DNA of 48,000 bases from a virus (taxonomy: Duplodnaviria; Caudoviricetes). The stretch lies in the IMG/VR virus record IMGVR_UViG_3300033555_000009, positions 1 through 48,000 of that record; one strand, given 5' to 3'. Below the pieces are notes generated by a model, which worked only from the letters and a program-made list of their open reading frames with translations, was not told the DNA's origin and made no database searches. The position numbers and the translations under genes are program-made. Below are positions 17,263 to 25,383 of the stretch, one piece after another. Positions within the stretch are counted from its first letter, which is position 1. Each line of letters starts with the position of its first letter.

Positions 17263-17449
17263 TGTGGATAACCCTGTGGATAACCCTGTGGATAACCCTG
17301 TGGATAACCCTGTGGATAACCCTGTGGATAACCCCGTGGATAAGTATGCTATTATGTTGCTTACTATACATCGTATTGTGGATAAGTATGGTGTTGTGTG
17401 GTAGTATAGACAACACATTGTGGATAACTTACGTGTACCCTGTGGATAA
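17263..17449 (-). repeat. DnaA-box array (TTATCCACA on the minus strand)
   Basis: 12-bp period (CCCTGTGGATAA): six perfect boxes 17263-17331, one with a single mismatch at 17335, three more perfect at 17377, 17419, 17441; all co-oriented. Confidence 0.9.
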
Positions 17450-17832
17450 CTATTATAGTTAGTCAGTTGGCTAATGATTAAGCGCTTCATCGCGCCCTTC
17501 TTCTTATTAGGGACAGAGTAGACCATCCTGTCTATGTGGACAGAGTGACAACACAGTCATCCTATTACCACCAAGCAATGTTTCTTTACAACATCATGAC
17601 AGAATGATAACGTGTATGTACGTGAAATGAGTCTTGACAACGGGGAGTAGGTGGACAGGGTGAATGTGGGAGGGAGATGGGGAGTGACTGGCAGAAGGGG
17701 TCGATTCTTCCTAAGCCTTGATTCTAAAGGGGAAATTGGTAAACGAGTCGATAGGGTTATGCGATTGATGAATGACAATAAAGTGTATGAGAATCGTTCG
17801 ACAGGCATACATAAACGATCCTTAGTGTACAG

Positions 17833-17876
17833 AACGTTATCAAAGTCACAAGATATTTTACCATTCTGACAACGTT
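17833..17876. promoter_or_regulatory. imperfect inverted repeat, candidate recombinase (res) or terminase site
   Basis: AACGTTATCAAA-N20-TCTGACAACGTT. Confidence 0.45.
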
Positions 17877-18192
17877 TACATGGCACAGTCCTTGCTCTAT
17901 TAAACCACTCTTGCGCTTTTTAGGCCAAAATAGCAGGGTCATTTTCCAGAAAAATTATAAAAATTTTCGGATATTTACCTTTCTAGAAGCCCTTAATACA
18001 CCTCGAAAGCCTTATTTCCATAAATTTTTTAACGTATTTAACTTCAGATTCACTACAAATTACTGTCGTTTTGCAGCCATTTTAAGGGGTGTAAGAGGCT
18101 CCGAAACGGTTACTAGGTAGTAGCACTAGGGTATGTTGATGGACAGCGCTGAGGGAGCGTCAGATAAGCCTTTACAACTTGATGGAAAACGC

Positions 18193-18221
18193 TTGACAGC
18201 CTACCTACTTGATGTAATACT
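18193..18221 (+). promoter_or_regulatory. sigma70 promoter of the recombinase
   Basis: TTGACA-N17-AATACT. Confidence 0.7.
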
Positions 18222-18250
18222 AGCCTCACAATGACGATTAGGAGATTAGC

Positions 18251-18913
18251 ATGGAAGCTAGTAAGCCAGCAGTGTATGCGTATTTACGTGTGTCTACGGA
18301 CAAAGGCCAAACTACGAATAACCAGCGTAAAACTATTGAAGACGCAAAGTTTGTTGTCGATGAGTGGTACTCGGAGGACGGCGTGAGTGGTAAGATTAAC
18401 GCACTTGATCGGCCTGTGTTCAGCAAGCTCATGGAGAAGGCTGTAGCTGGCTCGGAAGTAGTCACAGTCAGTTTAGACCGGTTGGGACGTAATGCTATTG
18501 ATATCCTAAACACTGTGGAACGATTTAAAGAAAAGGAAATCAAGCTTCGTTGCTTGGCCCTTGGAGATGTGGACCTTACCAGTATGGCAGGGCAGATTCT
18601 AGTTCACCTGATGTCACTGATTGCAGACGTAGAGAGGCAGTCCCTGTCCATCAGGACTAAGGCAGGGTTAGCTCGTACAAAGGCTGAGGGGACGTTACTA
18701 GGCAGGAGAATGAAGGTCAGCCACAAAGCACTGAGGGCTTGTGTGAAGGGGCGTGCTGAGGGAGTATCATGGGCAAAGCTGGCAGCAGAGCATTCTGTGG
18801 ATAAGAACACCCTACTCCAGACTGTAAAGACTTGGGGAGATAAGCCCGATGAGTATCAGGTTCGATGGGAGAAGCAAATTAATCAGGCAGCTAACAAGTT
18901 GTTGGAGGTATGA
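18251..18913 (+). CDS. small serine recombinase (resolvase/invertase family)
   Basis: YLRVST..Q...NQ catalytic Ser motif, SG, LDRLGRN, ER...RTKAGL, C-terminal HTH. Confidence 0.92.
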   Translation: MEASKPAVYAYLRVSTDKGQTTNNQRKTIEDAKFVVDEWYSEDGVSGKINALDRPVFSKLMEKAVAGSEVVTVSLDRLGRNAIDILNTVERFKEKEIKLRCLALGDVDLTSMAGQILVHLMSLIADVERQSLSIRTKAGLARTKAEGTLLGRRMKVSHKALRACVKGRAEGVSWAKLAAEHSVDKNTLLQTVKTWGDKPDEYQVRWEKQINQAANKLLEV

Positions 18914-20148
18914 CGAGATTGCACATAAGATACTACATCGTCGTAGAGTGAACTATGTGTGGCCTCCTTCCTAAAACCCTTAATATCTTGAGGTAGGCAC
19001 GGAAAAAGTTTTTTAATCTCGTTCTCTACCGCTAGTGCTGTCCTTCCGGGAAAGTCAAAGACTCTTTCTTCGGATATAAACATATCAGCACGTTCTAGAT
19101 TTCGATTGTGGTCAGCGGCACGCTTCTTGTAGTCTGTTGATATTCCAAAACCTGTAAAGCATTGCCCACCTGTATCTTGTACCTTCAACACGTACACTAC
19201 GCCCTTCCTAGATACTTTGAAACCACCACCTGTAGAGCACTCTGGACAATGGAGGCTTTTTATACCAACTTCACCCACTCTGCCTACATACGTGCTATGC
19301 TTCTCGCAATGTGCCCAGAACTTTAATCTGCCAGTTTTATGTATATCTGCTTTCTCATATTTAAAACTTACGAAATTTAGGGGAGTCTCGGATTTATCTA
19401 ACTCCCGTTTTATTTGGTATTCACGTTGTGCAAGAGTCCACCTAAAATGTTTGCTACACCTGCACGGCCTTCTACCTTGCTGCAACTCTGTTAGGTTTGT
19501 TATAAATACACCATCACACAATCCATTATCAACGTATTCATCATAGCTACACACGCCGCAAAGCATACCCCAATAGTAGCCGGCAGAGTGCCCAAACTGT
19601 TTAGGCTTACTCAAAGGTGTTCGCCAGAAAGTTGAACCCTCGGGAAATGCCCCGGTGGCGACAATACTTTCAATTACACTCCCCTCGTCCGCAGTCCTCC
19701 TATCTGAGATAACCTCTTTTTCACACTCTATACACATTCCTTTGGTTTTCTTACCTAGTAAGACGTGAAAATTAGTTATACTCCAAGTAAGGTTGTGCTT
19801 ATTACAGTGGAGCGTAAGCTTAGTCTCTGTGCCGTGGTAAGGTTCAGCCAAGCTTACAAAAGATGTTTGACTACCAGACAGCTTACGTTTTACACGGATA
19901 ACACTCTGTTGCTCGTTCCACCGAGGGTTAGCAGAACAACCGCAGGGAATTGCACCCTTAAGGATGTTCCCTTTTGTCATCTCGAACACACCGTCACCAA
20001 ACAACTCAGGGTCTTGTGCGCAAACAGAGCAGTACAGCTTGTACAGCTTCTTATCACCCTGCATACTACCTAACTCCACGACGGTAAGATGCTCACCTAC
20101 ACCGAACGATCTGCCTATAAACTCATCTTTAACACGCACGTACTTCAT
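18883..20148 (-). CDS. putative homing endonuclease (Cys-rich repeats plus GIY-YIG/T5orf172-like domain)
   Basis: CSVCAQDPELFGDG; GVVYVLKV...FTGFGIS...GFRKEAT; paralog of 8013..8981. Confidence 0.65.
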   Translation of the reverse strand: MKYVRVKDEFIGRSFGVGEHLTVVELGSMQGDKKLYKLYCSVCAQDPELFGDGVFEMTKGNILKGAIPCGCSANPRWNEQQSVIRVKRKLSGSQTSFVSLAEPYHGTETKLTLHCNKHNLTWSITNFHVLLGKKTKGMCIECEKEVISDRRTADEGSVIESIVATGAFPEGSTFWRTPLSKPKQFGHSAGYYWGMLCGVCSYDEYVDNGLCDGVFITNLTELQQGRRPCRCSKHFRWTLAQREYQIKRELDKSETPLNFVSFKYEKADIHKTGRLKFWAHCEKHSTYVGRVGEVGIKSLHCPECSTGGGFKVSRKGVVYVLKVQDTGGQCFTGFGISTDYKKRAADHNRNLERADMFISEERVFDFPGRTALAVENEIKKLFPCLPQDIKGFRKEATHSSLYDDVVSYVQSRHTSNNLLAA

Positions 20149-20150
20149 CC

Positions 20151-20360
20151 CTAGATACTCCTTAACTTCATCAGAGCATCTTCCAGAATAGCGATAGCTG
20201 TCAGCTTAGCATCAACTTGACCTTCCACATCGGCAAATTCCTGCTTCACACCCACTAAGTTTTTCTTGCACCAGATAACAGAGCACCCCACTGTACCAGC
20301 GATTTGCTGATAGGTGAGGCCGCGCTTACGAAGTTTTACTGCTAGTTCCTTGTCAACCAT
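20151..20360 (-). CDS. small HTH DNA-binding protein
   Basis: LRKRGLTYQQIAGTVGCS; promoter TTGACA-N17-TATAAT at 20407-20435. Confidence 0.7.
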   Translation of the reverse strand: MVDKELAVKLRKRGLTYQQIAGTVGCSVIWCKKNLVGVKQEFADVEGQVDAKLTAIAILEDALMKLRSI

Positions 20361-20447
20361 ACTTCCCCTGTATAATGTAAATGAGAGAATATCCTCTACT
20401 AAATACATTATACCATAGGTATGCTAGTTTGTCAAGTGTTATCTACA

Positions 20448-20969
20448 CTATCCAATAACTTGTTTACAAATCTCATCCTCAGTGTGCTCCCTATCAACCC
20501 CATCAGCACCCCTCTGCTTAAACCCTTTGGGCAACGTCATCACAGTGTCAATCCCAAGCTTCCACCCTGCATAGCCTCCAGCTAGGTCTACTCCAGTTTG
20601 TCCACCGGAGATTATCTTTGTGATAGGATGATGTTCATGTACCAAATCTAACATATGGTACACTAACCCATTAGTAATCTCCTGAGTCCACCCATGTTTG
20701 GCTAGAGTGTAAATACCATTACCAGCTACATTTATAACACTACCCTCAGCGGTTTGCAGCCGCTTCCAAAGTAGCCTTGCACAGTCTATAACACTGGTAT
20801 TGAAAATATCAAGCTTCAAATACCTCCCCCCAGCAGCCTTATGCGTCAGCCTCTCTCCAGCCGTAGAATAATCCACAGCCAGAGCAATCGTCACATCAGC
20901 ATCATTAGCATTAGCATATGTGCGAGGGCCGTAGGAGCTACTTTTGTGTTCACGTATAACTAGAGCCAT
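20448..20969 (-). CDS. SLOG-superfamily (YpsA/MoCo-carrier-like) protein
   Basis: Y.PRT..N..DAD.T, INVAGN, KIISGGQTGVD. Confidence 0.7.
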   Translation of the reverse strand: MALVIREHKSSSYGPRTYANANDADVTIALAVDYSTAGERLTHKAAGGRYLKLDIFNTSVIDCARLLWKRLQTAEGSVINVAGNGIYTLAKHGWTQEITNGLVYHMLDLVHEHHPITKIISGGQTGVDLAGGYAGWKLGIDTVMTLPKGFKQRGADGVDREHTEDEICKQVIG

Positions 20970-21225
20970 ACAATTCCCCCCATTCCTTATAAGCATCCCT
21001 CATCCACTGAGCTAAGTGTTCTGGTACATCAGGCTGCTTGCCACGCTCTCTACAAACAATCCTAAAACCATTCCCACCACATTCTGTGCAATGGTTGTTG
21101 TCCCAATCGTATTCAGACTTGCCCCTACCTAGACAAGAATTGCAAGTTTCCTTTACATCCCATTCAACAGGCTCCCAACGCATTGTGCCTGTGAGCTTCC
21201 AGCCGTCTTTAATTATCATCGTCAT
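20950..21225 (-). CDS. DnaJ-type zinc-finger small protein
   Basis: CNSCLGRG...CTECGGNG; start approximate. Confidence 0.6.
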   Translation of the reverse strand: MTMIIKDGWKLTGTMRWEPVEWDVKETCNSCLGRGKSEYDWDNNHCTECGGNGFRIVCRERGKQPDVPEHLAQWMRDAYKEWGELYGSSYT

Positions 21226-21281
21226 CTCTAGGCCAGCGCCCATCAAGCTTCAGTGCTTCAATAACATCATCTGACAAGGGT

Positions 21282-21530
21282 TCACTCACGAGTATAGTCC
21301 CTCCACACCGTGTTATTAATTACAGGTGGGTTGTATTCCTTCACAGTAATCTGTACACTACATAGAGGGCAAGCTACATAACTATACCCTTCATCCATGT
21401 CTCGCTGATTACTATAATATTGCTTCACATCTTCTTTAGCACACTCCACCACAGTCTTACAGTTGTGGCAAGTGCCCCGCATAGGGATTGTCTTAGGGTC
21501 TACACCCTTTGTGATGATTTTAATTGTCAT
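21282..21530 (-). CDS. zinc-ribbon protein
   Basis: CHNC ... CPLC. Confidence 0.65.
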   Translation of the reverse strand: MTIKIITKGVDPKTIPMRGTCHNCKTVVECAKEDVKQYYSNQRDMDEGYSYVACPLCSVQITVKEYNPPVINNTVWRDYTRE

Positions 21531-21724
21531 TTCTTCCCTTTTGCACGATATTCATAGCCCCAATAATAGTGGTAATACCCCCTACGTTGAATAACTTCAA
21601 GCCACCGACAATCCCCTTTACCAACTCGTCTAGGCCATAAGACAAAGAAATCATGCCACTCTTGTTTGGCTGACCTACGTTTCAGCCTGCGCTCTGCCGC
21701 AGTAGGCCCACAGTTAATTTTCAT
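21527..21724 (-). CDS. hypothetical protein
   Basis: WH.FF..WP......WLE...RR motif; ATGA overlaps. Confidence 0.6.
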   Translation of the reverse strand: MKINCGPTAAERRLKRRSAKQEWHDFFVLWPRRVGKGDCRWLEVIQRRGYYHYYWGYEYRAKGKK

Positions 21725-22305
21725 TGTTGTTCCTCCCAACGTTTAACAGCATCTTCATAACTAATCGGTGTGTAATTAACTTGTTCTGCACTCAGGCAGA
21801 GGTAGAGTGGGTCGATTACATTCTCAATAATCGTTGTGCCACCAATGTCAAAGCTGTATTCGTCAGGCTCTTTCATTACTCTCTCACTGTGCAAATGCCC
21901 ATGAAAGTTACCCTTCCACCGCTCTGCCACAGCCTGTGGATGCAACGGAATATGAGTAAGAATAAACTCATTCAACGGATAGCTTCCATGCACATCCTTA
22001 AAGTAAGGTGCATACTCTTCCATCCGAAGCACATCGTGGTTGCCTTTGATAAGCCTCTTAATCCCGTTCAGGCGAGCACAGATTGGCAAAGCACTCCTGT
22101 TAATGCAGAAGTCTCCTAGATGATACACCTTATCTTTTGGGCCAACAACACTGTTCCAGTTCTTGACAAGAGCTTCATCCATTTCTTCGATGGTGTCCCA
22201 AGGACGTTCTGGCTTGCCATTCTTGGTAGTAAAGGTTACAATCCCACGATGTGAAAAGTGGGTGTCGCTAATAATAAATCTTTCACTCACAACGATCCCT
22301 CTCAT
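21721..22305 (-). CDS. calcineurin-like metallophosphoesterase
   Basis: SDTH, LGD, GNHD, THIP, HGHLH; promoter TTGACA-N17-TATCAT at 22326-22354. Confidence 0.9.
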   Translation of the reverse strand: MRGIVVSERFIISDTHFSHRGIVTFTTKNGKPERPWDTIEEMDEALVKNWNSVVGPKDKVYHLGDFCINRSALPICARLNGIKRLIKGNHDVLRMEEYAPYFKDVHGSYPLNEFILTHIPLHPQAVAERWKGNFHGHLHSERVMKEPDEYSFDIGGTTIIENVIDPLYLCLSAEQVNYTPISYEDAVKRWEEQQ

Positions 22306-22434
22306 TAATAGGCTTTAAAAGATTCATGATAACCTTTAACTCAGCCTCTGTCAAGTGTTTTGGCACCTGATGTTTAGTGGCGATAGTGTGGCGTATAGAC
22401 TCGAAGAGGAGTTGTAAATCTGTTTTAGGAGAAG

Positions 22435-22992
22435 TCATAACATAGGCTCCTGAACACTCCACACGAACGGCCTACGTACACCCGCCGAGAACTCCTCAGC
22501 AGCCTCCAGCGCAACCTGAATGCGGCTCTTAGCACTCATAATAGTATGTACACCTGTAGTGTGTAAACTACCAAGAGCAATCTCACTACCGCAGCCCACA
22601 GCTTCATAATCAAGAGCACTTTCAGCAACTTGGTAGTCGCTAAATACTTGGAAGATACGGCCCTCATAACCTACCAAAAACTGCCCACCAACTTCTGCGT
22701 CATTATCTTTTGTAGCAAATCCCCCAGCCTTCAAGCAGCTACGAATAGCATCGATAAAAGTGGTAGCCATAAACTTATCAACAGCTACTCGTGGGTCACG
22801 GTCAGGGGCTACGAAAGAGTGTGCCAGAAGTTGGCCCATGCGGAAGCTAGTTGTAAAGCCAAACATAAATGGACCTACGTGACAAATCTTACTGTCGTTG
22901 CGAGTGCGCTGTGAGAAGTCTCCTCCAGTTCCTGCGGAGTCTGCACCCATGTGGATTGTTGTGCCGTCTTTAATAGCGATAATACATGTCAT
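22435..22992 (-). CDS. HslV/proteasome-beta-like Ntn-hydrolase (Thr protease)
   Basis: M-T-CII...MGADS, K, AVGCGS..ALG; GGAG RBS before ATG at 22992. Confidence 0.8.
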   Translation of the reverse strand: MTCIIAIKDGTTIHMGADSAGTGGDFSQRTRNDSKICHVGPFMFGFTTSFRMGQLLAHSFVAPDRDPRVAVDKFMATTFIDAIRSCLKAGGFATKDNDAEVGGQFLVGYEGRIFQVFSDYQVAESALDYEAVGCGSEIALGSLHTTGVHTIMSAKSRIQVALEAAEEFSAGVRRPFVWSVQEPML

Positions 22993-23002
22993 ACAATTCT
23001 CC

Positions 23003-23035
23003 AAAGAAAAAGCCCACGCCTTGTGAGCATGGGCC
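23003..23035 (-). terminator. intrinsic terminator
   Basis: GCCCATGC-loop-GCGTGGGC-TTTTTCTTT on the minus strand. Confidence 0.65.
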
Positions 23036-23041
23036 ATAGTA

Positions 23042-23713
23042 TTACGTTGCTTGTGCTGTGTCAAGGGACTTAGCAGCCCTCTTAGCTCGTGGCTTACGGG
23101 GTGGCTTAGCTTGCTCCTCAAACTTAGCTTTAAAGTATTCACTACGCTTCATAGCACGCTTCATCCAGCCTTCGGCATCCAGCCAAATGTCTTTTCCATC
23201 TAACATAGCATCAAGCTCTTTCTCAGTGAGGAAGCCTTCATAACTTTCTCGGAACTGTCGCGTCTTGAACTCATGGTCAAACTTACTCTTAGCCATGTAC
23301 TCATTAACATTTCCCCCAGCACCATCTGAGCCACAATGAAGGCAAGCGTTAAAGCCGTAAGACAACTCGATACTGTCTCCCTCAATTAAGATGCAAGTGC
23401 CCATGCTATGAACGCCGCCAGTAGCAACGATATGGATGTGGGCCTCGCACTTACGCATAGCATGGATAAAAGCCTCTCCAGCATTTACTGACCCACCGTA
23501 AGTTTGCAGGTAGATAACAACTTCATCGTCCTCTTTAGCTTGCTCAAGGATTTGGATGGCTGTGGAGAACTGAGAAACACTCTCTAGGATGTCATCAATT
23601 TCAATCCTGTAGGTGCCGCTCTTGTGTGGTGTGTAGCCTACAAGGAACTCACTAGGGGAGCCATCGTCGTAGCCGCGCTTAGGACGGCTGTTAAGGTATT
23701 CAATTTTGTGCAT
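23042..23713 (-). CDS. ClpP-like (S14) protease
   Basis: IYLQTYGGSV, GGVHSMGT, CLH, DIWLDAE. Confidence 0.85.
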   Translation of the reverse strand: MHKIEYLNSRPKRGYDDGSPSEFLVGYTPHKSGTYRIEIDDILESVSQFSTAIQILEQAKEDDEVVIYLQTYGGSVNAGEAFIHAMRKCEAHIHIVATGGVHSMGTCILIEGDSIELSYGFNACLHCGSDGAGGNVNEYMAKSKFDHEFKTRQFRESYEGFLTEKELDAMLDGKDIWLDAEGWMKRAMKRSEYFKAKFEEQAKPPRKPRAKRAAKSLDTAQAT

Positions 23714-23720
23714 GTTATTC

Positions 23721-24512
23721 CTACTGGTAATAGTACATTTTAACTAGGGAGCGAGTCACACCATCCCGCACACAATCTTCTGGCATAAATACAACACTGC
23801 CGATAAGGGAGAGGTTATCTAAGTCCTCATCGCTAAGATAGTCGGGCTGTTCTGCCAAAGTTTTTTCAATTAGGGACAGAGTAGATTGCAGACCACTCAT
23901 TCCACGTAAGTCATTCTGCTTAGAGTCACCTGTCATAACGTATGTAGTGCCTTTACCAAGGCGAGTCAGCAGCATTTCCAAGTCATCTGCTGTGAAATTC
24001 TGGCATTCCTCTCCGATTATGCAGACATTCTCGAAAGACCGTCCACGCATGTACTCTGCACTCTTAAGCTCTATAAGCTCTTTCTCAAGGCAGTAGGTCA
24101 TGTACCCCTGCCCCATGAATTTAGCTAGGTGTTCCAATGTTTGTGCAAAAAAGGGCTGAAGTTTCTCAAATTCTGTGCCCGGTAGCATGCCAGCCGACTT
24201 ACCAGTTGCCACGTTAGCACGCACAAGATAAATCTTCTCAATCTTCTTTTCTTTCATGAGCGTCGCTGCCCACCAAGCTGCGAGCATTGATTTTCCTGTG
24301 CCTGCCGACCCTTGCAAGAACAGAATCCGCACACCGTCGCGGAGCATCGCAACTGCTTTCTTTAGATTCGGTGTAGCAGGGACATACTTAACAGAGGGTC
24401 CGTTACGTAGCGACTCACCTTCAGCAAGCTCAGCAAAGAACTTCTCTTTAGCACAAGGCTTAACAACTTCGTCAGCAATCTTTTTCTTACGTGTAATAGG
24501 AGTTCTTTTCAT
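23721..24512 (-). CDS. phoH: PhoH family ATPase
   Basis: GSAGTGKS, LPG, YMRGRSF, EECQN, LTRLG, GDSKQ.D. Confidence 0.92.
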   Translation of the reverse strand: MKRTPITRKKKIADEVVKPCAKEKFFAELAEGESLRNGPSVKYVPATPNLKKAVAMLRDGVRILFLQGSAGTGKSMLAAWWAATLMKEKKIEKIYLVRANVATGKSAGMLPGTEFEKLQPFFAQTLEHLAKFMGQGYMTYCLEKELIELKSAEYMRGRSFENVCIIGEECQNFTADDLEMLLTRLGKGTTYVMTGDSKQNDLRGMSGLQSTLSLIEKTLAEQPDYLSDEDLDNLSLIGSVVFMPEDCVRDGVTRSLVKMYYYQ

Positions 24513-24523
24513 ATTATTCCTAG

Positions 24524-24715
24524 TTATGCTGCTTTGGGACGACCAACACTCTGCTTCTTAACAACGTCTTTCTCCATCTGCACATCATACATCCAGCCAA
24601 TCTGAATAGGCCAGCCTTCTCGGATAGTGTAGCCTTCAGCATAAAGCTCATTCAACTTCTGCCCCATGTCGTACAGGCTGTGAGCCATTACAGATTTTGT
24701 TTCTTTTTCAGTCAT
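24524..24715 (-). CDS. hypothetical protein
   Basis: GAGGA RBS, MTEKETK..., C-terminal GRPK. Confidence 0.6.
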   Translation of the reverse strand: MTEKETKSVMAHSLYDMGQKLNELYAEGYTIREGWPIQIGWMYDVQMEKDVVKKQSVGRPKAA

Positions 24716-24826
24716 TAAGAGTGTCCTCTTGGGTGTTGTAACATTGTGGAATAAAATACAAACTATGATAAAGCTCATTGTCTGCTTCGTGTTGCTCGAT
24801 GGAGGCCACCATGTCGTCTAGGGCGC

Positions 24827-25057
24827 TCAAGCTTTGCCCCCTTTGACTACTGCTAAGATAGCTTGGTTCTTACGCCACTCTTTATCGGACTGTAGTTTAC
24901 CTATAACTTGGTCACGGCAGTGGTGTGTTGCGTCCTCTAAGTCCATGATAGGGCTTGTCACAAAATACTGGCAAAGCTTATCTTTGGAGTCTTTATAGTA
25001 AACATTGAGGCCAATCATATCCTCGTCAGTGTCTGCTTTATGGTAGGTGTTGGGCAT
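24827..25057 (-). CDS. hypothetical protein
   Basis: AAGGA RBS, MPNTYHK...; leftward TTGACA promoters at about 25089-25186. Confidence 0.6.
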   Translation of the reverse strand: MPNTYHKADTDEDMIGLNVYYKDSKDKLCQYFVTSPIMDLEDATHHCRDQVIGKLQSDKEWRKNQAILAVVKGGKA

Positions 25058-25247
25058 AACTTGTTCCTTACGTTGTGTATGTAAGGCCACTTTACAATGC
25101 GATTGTGGGCTTGTCAAGGGGAATTATTTGGAGGGGTGTTGCAGACATTCAAAACCTATTGTACTGCATAGTGTCGATATTGTCAAGCTAAATTTATGCG
25201 ATAACTTGTTGATTAGATAACACAATATTACACTATTGAGAAAAAGC

Positions 25248-25277
25248 TTGACAAAACAGGGGGTGATAGTGTATAAT
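25248..25277 (+). promoter_or_regulatory. sigma70-type promoter of the packaging/late region
   Basis: TTGACA-N18-TATAAT. Confidence 0.75.
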
Positions 25278-25383
25278 CGTTTTATTAGAGAAAACACATA
25301 ACGGGGGACATATCGGAGCGCATCTCAAGTTACGCGAAGAGAAAATCGACTTCCGGCGTAAGACAAGTCATGGCTTAAAGTCC

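Noticed and set aside
17261-17345. CRISPR array
   Set aside because: 12-bp head-to-tail repeat without spacers; no cas genes
17189-17526. ORFs with PVDN / VIHR / LSTG repeats
   Set aside because: Translations of the 12-bp DnaA-box tandem in different frames; no RBS
18796-18804. Single DnaA box inside the recombinase gene
   Set aside because: Isolated and in coding sequence; cannot be told from chance
18251-20148. IS607-like element (serine recombinase plus nuclease)
   Set aside because: Genes converge, the recombinase HTH is C-terminal, and the nuclease has no TnpB RuvC motifs
22993-23142. N-terminal 50 aa of the 235-aa ORF-track call
   Set aside because: Overlaps the ClpP-like gene and a terminator; the RBS and catalytic Thr place the start at 22992
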